This document shows, one piece after another, positions 25,968-35,864 of a stretch of 64,000 nucleotides of DNA; within the stretch, counting starts at the first letter, position 1, and each line of letters opens with the position of its first letter. The DNA is from Chrysemys picta bellii. Lineage: Eukaryota. Below the pieces are notes generated by a model, which saw only the letters and a program-made list of their open reading frames with translations, did no database searches and was not told the DNA's origin. Made by a program: the position numbers and the translations under genes. Where the stretch lies: contig NC_088806.1 in the NCBI RefSeq assembly GCF_011386835.1, positions 2,108,001-2,172,000 of the forward strand. Direction: 5' to 3'.

Positions 25968-28596
25968 ATGGCCGAGGGGCAGGGCGCGGCGGCGGGGGGC
26001 GACCCCCCGGACAAGGTGAAGCGGCCCATGAACGCCTTCATGGTGTGGTCCAGCGGGCAGCGCCGGCGCCTGGCACAGGAGCACCCCAAGATGCACAACT
26101 CGGAGATCTCCAAGCGCCTGGGGGCCGCCTGGCGCCGCCTGCCCGAGGCGGAGAAACGCCCGTTCGTGGAGGAAGCCAAGCGGCTCCGGGCCCGGCACAT
26201 GCGGGGACTATCCTGACTACAAGTACCGACCCCGGCGCAGGGCCGGGCCCCCGCCAAGGAGCCGCCGCCGGGGGGCCGCCCGCCACCCCAGCTGCCTGCC
26301 ACCCGGGCCTGGGGCTACGGCGAGCCCCTGGGCTACCAGCCGGCCCGCTACCCACCGTGCCCGGCTGCCGCGGGATACGGGAACGCAGCCGGAGGGTACA
26401 GGTGGGTCCCGCCCGCGCTTCCTGTCCCTGCTCCCCCGTCCCCTCGGGTGTATGGGAGACCCCCAACGGTGCCCCCTTACTGGGGAAATGGGGGGGATTA
26501 GCAAGGGGCGGGGGGGCTGCTACATTCCCTCTTTCCCCAGGCCGGGCATGGTTGAAATTAGGGCCGGCTGAGGGGTCTGTGTATAACCAACCCCAGAGGT
26601 GGCTGCATCTCAGCATTGGGTGAGGGGTCCCCGGGTAACCAGCCGCCCCACCCCAGAGGTGGGCGCATCTCAGTGCTAGGCACAGGGGGGGAACAAACAC
26701 CAGGTTCAGGTGCTGGTTGGGACCAAGCGGGCACCAGCCCCAGAATTTGCATGTTAACTGTTGTTAACCAGGTGAGTCAGTGCCAGCTGCTGAGGGCATG
26801 ATGGGGCACCAGTCCTTTGGTATGTGAACCCAGGAGTCCTGGCTCCCAGCTCCCCCTGCTCTAACCACCAGCCCCCACTCCCCTCCCAGAGCCGGGGAGA
26901 GAACCCAGCAGTCCTGGCTCCCTGGTGTGCCAGGATATGCCCACCCCGCCCAGGGCCCTAGGGCTTTGGGTCCTGGCCAGGAGCAGGGTGGGGTTGGGTG
27001 CCAGGCAGCACCCGCCCTGTGGCTGGTATTCACCGTGCCCTGAGCAAAGGGTCATGACCCGGCCAGGCCTCATCCAATCCCTGAGTTGGCTCCTCACCGC
27101 AGGGGTGTCTGGGTGCAGGAGCCAGTGCCCAGGGGAGGGGAAACCGAGGCACGAGTCACAGAACCCAGGAATCCTGACTCCCAGCATCCCCTGCTCTAAC
27201 CACTCCATCGCCCACTGACGGAGAAGGGGAGGCCAGCAAGCGCCCAGGACTCCGGGGTTCTCTGGAGGGGAAGGTGGGTGCCAGGACCCATGGGTTCCTG
27301 CCCGCCTGCGGGAGGGAGTGGGCAGGTTGGGGCAGGCCACGGGGGAGCTGCTCACACCCAGAACCGGATTAACAGGCCAGCTGCGGAATGCGGCCCTGGC
27401 TCACCCAGCCCTGGGGGGGGGGGGAGACCTCTTCCTGCAGCTGCAGGGCGGTTCCCCCCCCCCCCCAAATAACATTGTCCAGAGCTCGCAGAGAACCCAG
27501 GGGTCCAGGCTCCCAGCCCTCTCAGAGGGGAGTGGGGGCTGGTGGTTGGAGCAGGGGGGCTGGGAGCCAGGACTCCTGGGTTCTCTCCCCGGCTCTGGGA
27601 GGGGAGTGGGGGCTGGTGAGTTAGAGCAGGGGGGGCTGGGAGCCAGGACTCCTGGGTTCTCTCCCTGGCTCTGGGAGGGGAGTGGGGGCTGGTGGGTTAG
27701 AGGAGGGGGGCTGTGAGCCAGGACTCCTGGGTTCTCTCCCCGGCTCTGGGAGGGGAGCAGGGGCTGGTGGTTAGAGCAGGGGGGCTGGGAGCCAGGACTC
27801 CTGGGTTCTCTCCCCAGCTCTGGGAGGGGAGCGGGGGCTGGTGGGTTAGAGCAGGGGGGGCTGGGAGCCAGGACTCCTGGGTTCTCTCCCCGGCTCTGGG
27901 AGGGCAGTGGGGGCTAGTGGATTAGAGCAGGGGGGCTGGGAGCCAGGGCTCCTGGGTTCTCTCCCCGGCTCTGGGAGGGGAGTGGGGGCTAGTGGATTAG
28001 AGCAGGGGGGCTGGGAGCCAGGGCTCCTGGGTTCTCTACCCGGCTCTGGGAGGGCAGTGGGGGCTGGTGGTTAGAGCAGGGGGGCTGGGAGCCAGGGCTC
28101 CTGGGTTCTCTCCCCAGCTCTGGGAGGGGAGTGGGGGCTGGTGGGTTAGAGCAGGGGGGGCTGGGAGCCAGGACTCCTGGGTTCTCTCCCCGGCTCTGGG
28201 AGGGGAGCAGGGGCTGGTGGGTTAGAGCAGGGGGCGCTGGGAGCCAGGACTCCTGGGTTCTCTCCCCGGCTCTGGGAGGGCAGTGGGGGCTGGTGGATTA
28301 GAGCAGGGGGGCGCTGGGAGTCAGGACTCCTGGGTTCTCTTCTCTCCTCATTCTGCAACTGTAATTATCCAGCTGGTTAACCCCTCTTCTCTCCCCCCCC
28401 ACCCCCCACAGTGGCCTGTCCTATGGCCCCCCGATGCCCTACAAGCAAGACCCTGCCCCCCACCCGCCGGGGGGTGCTGCCGCCCGATTTCCGCGACATG
28501 ATGGCTGCCTACGGGCTGCAGGCCTGCGACGTGGGCGAGGGCTTCCCGCCGCTGCCCTACGAGCCCCCCGGGCCGGCACCGCTGACGCCCCTCTAG
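25968..28596 (+). CDS. SOX15: SRY-box transcription factor 15 (SoxG/sox19-type), two exons; three homopolymer indels in this assembly
   Basis: Exon 1 25968-26401: MAEGQG...[65 protein letters not shown], then [12 protein letters not shown] after a +1 G. Exon 2 28412-28596 ends ...[13 protein letters not shown]. Apparent indels near 26203-26206 (+1), 26248-26252 (-1) and 28469-28474 (+1). Position between FXR2 and MPDU1 as in human. Confidence 0.88.
27500..28345 (+). repeat. Minisatellite family A (~75-bp unit), about 11 copies in the SOX15 intron
   Basis: Unit GGGAGCCAGGACTCCTGGGTTCTCTCCCCGGCTCTGGGAGGGGAGTGGGGGCTGGTGGTTAGAGCAGGGGGGCT. Also found at ~29555-29765, 31575-32075, 37200-37385, 41900-42040, 43990-44650, 45340-45635, 48130-48490, 62500-62760 and 63730-64000. 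Confidence 0.92.
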
Positions 28597-28998
28597 CCCG
28601 TGGCGGGCTGGACCGAGGGGGGCGGGGACGCTGGGTTTTTATACGGAAAGAAGAAAACCCTCGAAGAGGAACAAAGTTTGGGGGAACGCTGGGGGGAGCT
28701 TTCTGCGACTCCAGCCCCAGCAGGGGGGCTGTGGGGGCAGAGTGCAGACTCTTCCCCTCCCCCAGCGCCCCTTCTCCCCCCTCCACTTTAAAATCACCCC
28801 CTTTGTTAACTCTTCGCTGGCAGCCATCCCCCCCAAATCCATTCACCTAGGACTGGAGCTGGAAAGGGGGGAGGGAGTGGTGGGGGGCCTGGAAAAGTCA
28901 GGGGGGACTGAAAAAGGGGGTGCAGGTGGAGATTGTGCCCCCAGAGAAGGTGGGGGGGGGGCGTCTTAATGCTGTTTGTCAACGTATCTTGTAAAGAG

Positions 28999-29004
28999 AA
29001 TAAA
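28999..29004 (+). terminator. Poly(A) signal of SOX15
   Basis: AATAAA about 400 bp after TAG 28596. Confidence 0.65.
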
Positions 29005-30299
29005 CCTGGTTCCTAGAGATGGCCCTGACCCCAGAGCGTTACTGGGGGGGAGGGGGTAAAGGAGAGATGTTCGGGGGGGGGGGGGGGGGCAGGAAACAGA
29101 TCAAACCGCGCCCCGCCGAAAAAACAAATGCTGCAGGGTTTGACCCCCGAGAGCGAGAATGACAAAGGAGGAAACGAAAATGCCCCTCACTCCAGACCCA
29201 CAGCCCCTGCCCCTCCCAGCTTGGCCCGTGCCCCTGACTCCCTGTCCCCCCCCAGCTCTGCCGGTGCCCCCCACCCACAGCCCCTCAGGTCAGGAACGGT
29301 CCCAGCTACTCAGAGAGGCGCTAAAGAGTTAACCCCGCATGTGCCAGGGAAGGGGAGGGGGGGTGGGACGGGATGGGGCCGTTGCCCAGGTAACGGTCTT
29401 CTGTCCTAGCTACAACACCAGTGCCTTCCTTGTCACCCCACCCAGTTGCCATGGTAACCAGGGAAGGGCCTGGCCCCCGCCTGTTCTGACATGAAGGGGT
29501 GAATCACATAGGGAAACCTGCTGGGGGGGGGCCCATGGGATGAGCCCAGCCCCTGGGAGAGAACCCAGGAGTCCTGGCTCCCAGCCCTCCCTGCTCTAAC
29601 CCACCAGCCCCGACTCCCCTCCCGGAGCCGGGGAGAGAACCCAGGAGTCCTGGCTCCCAGCCCCCTGCTCTAACCCACCAGCCCCGACTCCCCTCCCGGA
29701 GCCGGGGAGAGAACCCAAGCGTCCTGGTTCCCAGCCCCCTGCTCTGACCCACCAGCCCCCACCCCACCTCTGTGCCCAGTTCGGCTTTGCCCTGCCCCCA
29801 GTTCAGGATCCCAGCGCCGGGAGGGGCAGGGAGGCAGAAGGGCGGTGACTAATTGGCATGATTAGCACCGAGCTCGTTAGCTGCCAGGGGGCAGGGGAGG
29901 AGGGGCTGGGGGTTTCCATGCCTGCTCCCCCCATCCGAATTCAACCTTCCGCACCCTACAGCAGGGAGTCCCAGAGATTCTGCCCCGCCCCCCGAGCAGG
30001 ATGGGCACAGCCGGGAGCCCCTGGCCAATCAGCGTTTAATTACCTCACTGGGGGGGGAGGGGAGGGCGGTTTACAGACCTGCTCCCCCCTCCCTGCCGGA
30101 GCCCAGCTGGGGGGGGGGGGGGGGAAGAGACAGACTAGGCTGAGTGGGTTCCCCTCTAGGGGGCACCGGTATTGCCAGACGGGGGCCCTGCCCCCACTCG
30201 ATATGGCTCAGATGGCAGCGCGGGGCAGGGGGCAGCCCCCACTCCCCCTACGGGGACCCCCGGGCAGGCCGCGGTCAGACTCCGGGGGGGGGGTCCCCT

Positions 30300-33200
30300 C
30301 TATTCCCGCTTCTTCCCGGCCCCCGCGCCGGCCGGCACGTGCCAGTAATAGAGGAGCTGGCCCGCAATGATGCCGTTGCAGACGGAGGAGACGACATAGG
30401 TCAGAGCCATCAGGGGGTCGCCCGTCTCCTGGAGGGGGACAGATGGAGGAGGGTGAGGGGGGCGGGCAATGGGGCTGGGGGCCTGTCCCCTCTAGGGAGC
30501 GCCAGCTCCCATCCCGCCCCAGGGCGGGGGTCAGGGGCCCGCAGACTGTGCCCTCTAGGGATCCCCTGTGCCCAGGATCATGACGGGTACATGCTCAGAG
30601 GGATTGTGGGAGGCAACACCCCCTCCCCAGTGCCCTGTGCCCCCCGGCTACCTGGATGGAGGTGAAGATCCGGGCCAGCGAGCCCCCGAGGAGCAGGAAG
30701 ACAGTGACGGCCGACAGCTGCCCCGTGTGCCCGTTGCGGTAGTTGGTGGCCGCCTGGAGTAGCTGGGGGAGTGGGGGGGAGAGACGAGACCCCCCAGATC
30801 AGTAGCTTGGACAGATTTGCCCCCCCCCCTATGCCCTGTGACCCCCAAGCCCTTTGGCGGGGGGAAAGAGCTGGTCCACATCCACTATGGCATGAATCCT
30901 GCTGCCCCCCCAAAATACACTCAGCCCCCCACCACTAGTGTGCCCCCCTGAGCCACAACCCCCTGCATGCAGGGGCGGGTGGGAGCCGGCGCCCCCTAGA
31001 GGGGACAGGCCCCTGCCCCATTCCCTGCCCCCCTGAGCCAGCCAGTCCCCGCCCCGGGGCCGGGGGGGAGCCGGCGCCCCCTAGAGGGGACAGGCCCCTG
31101 CCCCATTCCCCGCCCCCCTGAGCCAGCCAGTCCCCGCCCCGGGGCCGGGGGGGAGCCGGCGCCCCCCCTAGAGGGGACAGGCCCCTTACCCTGCTGATGA
31201 TGATGGCGGGCATGTTGGTGGCTTGCAGGAGGGTGACCACAGGCCGAGGGGCCAGGGGGGAGAGCAGCAGGCAGAGCAGAGCGAAATACAGCACCAGGAA
31301 GGAGACACCTGGGCGGGGGGAGAGACGGGAAAGGGTTAAATTCCCCCCCCCTGCAGGGATCCACCCGCTCCCCCCCGCCCTGGCATGGGAACCGCGCCCC
31401 ACTCACCCTGTGCCGTGCGTCCCCCGAAGTGCAGGGCCAGGAAGCCGATGGCGACGGTTTGCAGCATGAGGAAGAGCGCCTCGCCCCAAGCGCTGCGGGG
31501 GGGGGGAAAACACGGGGTTTGGTCCGCCCGAAAAACCCTGCCCCCCGAGCCAGCCAGCCCCCTGCCCAGCGCCCCAATAGAGTCCCAGAGCCGAGGAGAG
31601 AACCCAGGAGTCCTGGCTCCCAGGCCCCCCTGCTCTAACCCACCCGCCCCCATTCCCTTCCCAGAGCCGGGGAGAGAACCCAGGAGTCCTGGCTCCCAGC
31701 CCCCCTGCTCTGACCCACCCGCCCCCACTCCCCTCCCAGAGCCGGGGAGAGAACCCAGGAGTCCTGGCTCCCAGCCCCCCCTGCTCTGACCCACCGGCCC
31801 CCACTCCCCTCCCAGAGCCGAGGAGAGAGCCCAGGCGTCCTGGCTCCCAGCCCCCCCTGCTCTGACCCACCAGCCCCCACTCCCCTCCCAGAGCCAGGAG
31901 TCCGGCTCCCAGCAGAGCTCTCCCACCCCAGTGCTGACCTGGCCTGACCCTCCCAGAGCCGAGGAGAGAGCCCAGGCGTCCTGGCTCCCAGCCCCCCCCT
32001 GCTCTGACCCACCGAGCCCCCACTCCCCTCCCAGAGCCAGGAGTCCGGCTCCCAGCAGAGCTCTCCCACCCCCAGTGCTTGACCTGGCCTGACCCCGCTT
32101 GGGTTCAGCTCCCTGTCAGGGGCGGGGGCTCCCCCTGGTGGCGCGGGGTGCGGCTGCGGCGCAGGGCTCACCTGAAGGGGAAGCCGTTGGCAAGGCTGTA
32201 GACCATGGTGCCGGTGATGGCCAGCAGCTCCAGCAGGATGGCTTGGAGACTGAGCCCCACGGCGCTCCTCGCCCCCCAGGATTTTAAACACCTGGGGCAG
32301 CTTCACTGCGCGGGGAGACGGGGAGCACATCCGGCAGGGGGCCAGGTGGGAGCCAGCGTCCCCTAGAGGGGACAGGCCCCTGCCCCATTCCCCACCCCCC
32401 CTGAGCCAGCCAGTCCCTGCCCTGGGGGACGGGTGGGAGCCGGCGCCCCCTAGAGGGGACAGGCCCCCTGCCCCATTCCCTGCCCCCCTGAGCCAGCCAG
32501 TCCCTGCCCTGGGGACGGGGGGGAGCCGGGCACCCCCCTAGAGGGGACAGGCCCCCTGCCCCATTCTCCGCCCCCCTGAGCCAGCCAGTCCCCGCCCTGG
32601 GGCCGGGTGGGAGCCGCCACCCCCCTAGAGGGGGACAGGCCCCTGCCCCATTCCCCCACCCCCCCTGAGCCAGCCAGTCCCCGCCTCTGGGGCCGGGTGG
32701 GAGCCAGCGCCCCCTAGAGGGGACAGGCCCCCTGCCCCCATTCCCCGCCCCCCTGAGCCAGCCAGTCCCCGCCCTGGGGCCGGGTGGGAGCCGGCGCCCC
32801 CTAGAGGGGACAGGCCCCTGCCCATTCCCCCACCCCCCCTGAGCCAGCCAGTCCCCGCCCTGGGGCCGGGTGGGAGCCAGCGCCCCCCTAGAGGGGACAG
32901 GCCCCTGCCCCATTCCCCACCCCCCTGAGCCAGCCAGTCCCTGCCCTGGGGCCGGGTGGGAGCCGGCGCCCCCTAGAGGGGACAGGCCCCTGCCCCATTC
33001 TCCGCCCCCCTGAGCCAGCCAGTCCCCGCCCTGGGGCCGGGTGGGAGCCGGCGCGCCCCCAGAGGGGACAGGCCCCTGCCCCATTCTCCCACCCACCCCT
33101 AAGCCAGCCAGTCCCTGCCCTGGGGCCAGGTGGGAGCCGGCACCCCCTAGAGGGGCCAGGCCCCTGCCCCATTCCCCGCCCCCCTGAGCCAGCCAGTCCC

Positions 33201-35253
33201 CGCCCTGGGGCCGGGTGGGAGCCGGTGCCCCCTAGAGGGGACAGGCCCTGCCCCCATTCCCCGCTCCCCCCTGAGCCAGCCAATCCCCGCCCTGGGGTTG
33301 GGGGGGAGCCCGGCGCCCCCCAGAGGGGACAGGCCCCTGCCCCATTCCCCGCCCCCCCTGAGCCAGCCAGTCCCCGTCCTGGGGCCGGGTGGGAGCCAAT
33401 GCCCCCCCAGAGGGGCCAGGCCCCCTGCCCCATTCCCCGCCCCCCCCGAGCCAGCCAGTCCCTGCCCCTGGGGCCGGGGGGGAGCCGGCGCCCCCCTAGA
33501 GGGGACAGCCCCCCTGCCCCATTCCCCGCCCCCCTGAGCCAGCCAGTCCCTGCCCTGGGGCCGGGGGGGGAGCCGGCGCCCCCCTAGAGGGGACAGCCCC
33601 CTGCCCCATTCCCCGCCCCCCTGAGCCAGCCAGTGCCTGCCCTGGGGCCGGGGGGGGGAGCCTAGCGCCCCCTAGAGAGGACAGGCCCCCTGCCCCCATT
33701 CCCCGCCCAGAGAGGGAGCCGGGTCCGTACCCATCAGCGACCCCCGCGACGATGGCGAGTCCCAGCCCTTTGCTGATCACGATCTTCAGGCAGGGAACTG
33801 GATGAAAACAGAGAGGGAGAAGGGGGGGTGGGGGGCGTCCAAGTCAGGCCACCAGCGACCCTTGGCCTCCACAGTGGAGTTTATGCCCCCCGGGAACCTC
33901 ACATCCTCCCCACCTGGGGATTTCACCGGCCCCCGCAACCCTTCGGCCTCTTGGGGTGTCCTTAGCCGCCTGCCCCCTTTGCCCCTTCCCCAGCAGCACC
34001 ATGGCCGCCCTCTGCCCCCAGCCAGCGTCTACTGCCCCCCTGGATATCCCCGGGACCCCGCTCCATGCTGACCTCCTACCGGTCCCCGTCCCTCATTCCT
34101 CTACAACCTGCCTCCCCCCCACGGGCCAGCTCCCCTGGGCCCCCCATGTCAGGTGTTTCTCTGGGCATCCCTGCACCCACTCCCCCAGCCCTCTGCGTTA
34201 TGGCTCCCCCGACCCCCTGACGTCTCGGGGTGACTCCGGTTCCCTGTGCGCTGGGCTCCCCCCAGCTCCTTCCCACCCCCAGCTTGCCCCCTTCCCTCCA
34301 GGCCTCGGCCCCCTAGGAGTGCCTGGCTCCCACCCCCCCTCAATTTCCCCCTTGGTCCCCATGGTAGCTACTGCCCTGCCCCACTGAGCCCCCCCCCTAC
34401 CCCATCGCCGCCCAACCAACCCCCACTGCTCCCCCGGCACCCTCACCCTACCCCATTGTCCCCTACCCAACCCCCACTGCTCCCCCAGCCCCCCGACCCC
34501 CAACCAACCCCCACTGCTCCCCCAGCCTCCCTACCCCACCGACCCCCAACCAACCCCCACTGCTCCCCCAGCCCCCCGACCCCCAACCAACCCCCACTGC
34601 TCCCCCAGCCCCCCCGACCCCCAACCAAGCCCACTGCTCCCCCAGCCACCCCTACCCTCTACCCCATTGTCCCCTACCCAACCCCCACTGCTCCCCCAGC
34701 CCCCCGACCCCCAACCAACCCCCACTGCTCCCCCGTCACCCCTACCCCACCGACCCCCAACCAACCCCCACTGCTCCCCGAGCCACCCTACCCCCACGCC
34801 CCTGTCCAATTGCTCCAAACAACCCACACTGCGCCTCCATTGTCCCCCCACCTAAGTGGGAGGCAGTGGCCGGATGTGTCATCCCAGGGGAGCGGTCTGA
34901 GAATTGGGGTCACCCTTCCCCCTGGAACCCCACTTCTGGGGCACTTCCGCCCCTCACGAGCATGGCGGCGGCACGCCTCAAGCAAGACTTCCGCCCCCGC
35001 ACCAACATGGCGGCTCCACGTCGTACTTCCGCCCCGCACCAACATGGCGGTGGCACGCGGCCCTTCCGCCCCCGCACCTATGGAGCGCCGGAGGGCTGCA
35101 GCCTTGCTTTGCCATGCCGACCAGGGGGTGTGGTCCGGGCGGGAGAGAGGCGCGCGCTCACCGTGCAGCAGGTTGAAGCGGAGGAAAAGCTCGTCGTAGC
35201 AGCGCTCGGGCAGCAGGTGCGGGACCCAGCAGCCCCTGCAGCGCCGCCGCCAT
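30300..35253 (-). CDS. MPDU1: Mannose-P-dolichol utilization defect 1 (PQ-loop protein), seven exons; three +1 homopolymer indels in this assembly
   Basis: Exons in minus-strand order: 35253-35162, 33797-33731, 32305-32172, 31492-31407, 31308-31190, 30762-30652, 30428-30300 (TAG). Peptides [93 protein letters not shown] and ETGDPLMA match MPDU1. Exons 1-3 each need one G removed (C-runs at 35225-35227, 33741-33745 and 32272-32277). Confidence 0.93.
32335..33705. repeat. Minisatellite family B (~87-bp unit), about 16 copies in MPDU1 intron 2
   Basis: Unit ...GGGAGCCGGCGCCCCCTAGAGGGGACAGGCCCCTGCCCCATTCCCCGCCCCCCTGAGCCAGCCAGTCCCCGCCCTGGGGCCGGGT. Also found at ~30965-31185, 39545-39785 and 62960-63270. 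Confidence 0.92.
34400..34800. repeat. C-rich tandem repeat (CCCCACTGCTCCCCCAGCC...CCAACCAA) in MPDU1 intron 1
   Basis: About 10 degenerate units visible directly. Confidence 0.8.
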
Positions 35254-35864
35254 TTTGAAAAATGGCGACACTCCCACACCGGCTTTGGCGGCGCTTCCGC
35301 CTTCATGGTGCCAGTGTTCCTACGGCGCAGGCGCGGAGGCGCCCGCGGATCCACTCACTGCGCACGCGCCAGCCGCCCCCGGAGTCGGTGCGCGCGCGCG
35401 GGAACCTCCCTGAGTTACACGCCTTGTGCGCACGCGCCCGCACTCCCACCCGCAGATTCCCCCCCTCCGCAGTAGGCAGGCGCCTGTTTCGCGCCCGCTC
35501 GCTGCGGCGCATGCGCACACGGAGGGGGGAGACAAAGGGGGAAGCGCGGGCAAAGCCTAGTATGCGCCCATGTGTCTGATGGGGCACGCATGCGCCCAGC
35601 CCTTCCACCGTCCCCCATTTCCTCCTCGCGCATGCGCCCAGCCCTTCCACCGTCCCCCATTTCCTCCTCGCGCATGCGCCCAGCCCTTCCACCGTCCCCT
35701 GTCCTCCTCGCGCATGCGCCGTTCCCCCCTCAACACTCTCCCATTCCTCCCCGCGCATGTGCTCTTTCCTCAAACCCTCCCCTTCTTTCCCTTCCCGCGC
35801 ATGCGCCCTAGCGCCCCTCCCCCCCACTCCGTCACCGCCTTGACCAAACTTTGGCCAACCCAAG
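35254..35864. promoter_or_regulatory. CpG-island bidirectional promoter between MPDU1 and the Harbinger-derived gene
   Basis: Divergent ATGs about 610 bp apart; multiple (G)CGCATGCGC NRF1-type motifs; YY1-type motifs at both start codons. Confidence 0.7.

Noticed and set aside
27500-28345. CRISPR-like array, or tRNA genes
   Set aside because: Eukaryotic head-to-tail minisatellite with no unique spacers. The tRNA-like boxes here and at 16323 belong to SINE-derived sequence and do not form a full cloverleaf.
32284-33780. Long Gly/Pro-rich ORFs on both strands (e.g. 32284-33096)
   Set aside because: These are translations of minisatellite B inside MPDU1 intron 2; very high GC suppresses stop codons.
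34246-35199. 317-aa plus-strand ORF
   Set aside because: Runs over a C-rich repeat and antisense to MPDU1 exon 1 and intron 1; no recognisable domain.
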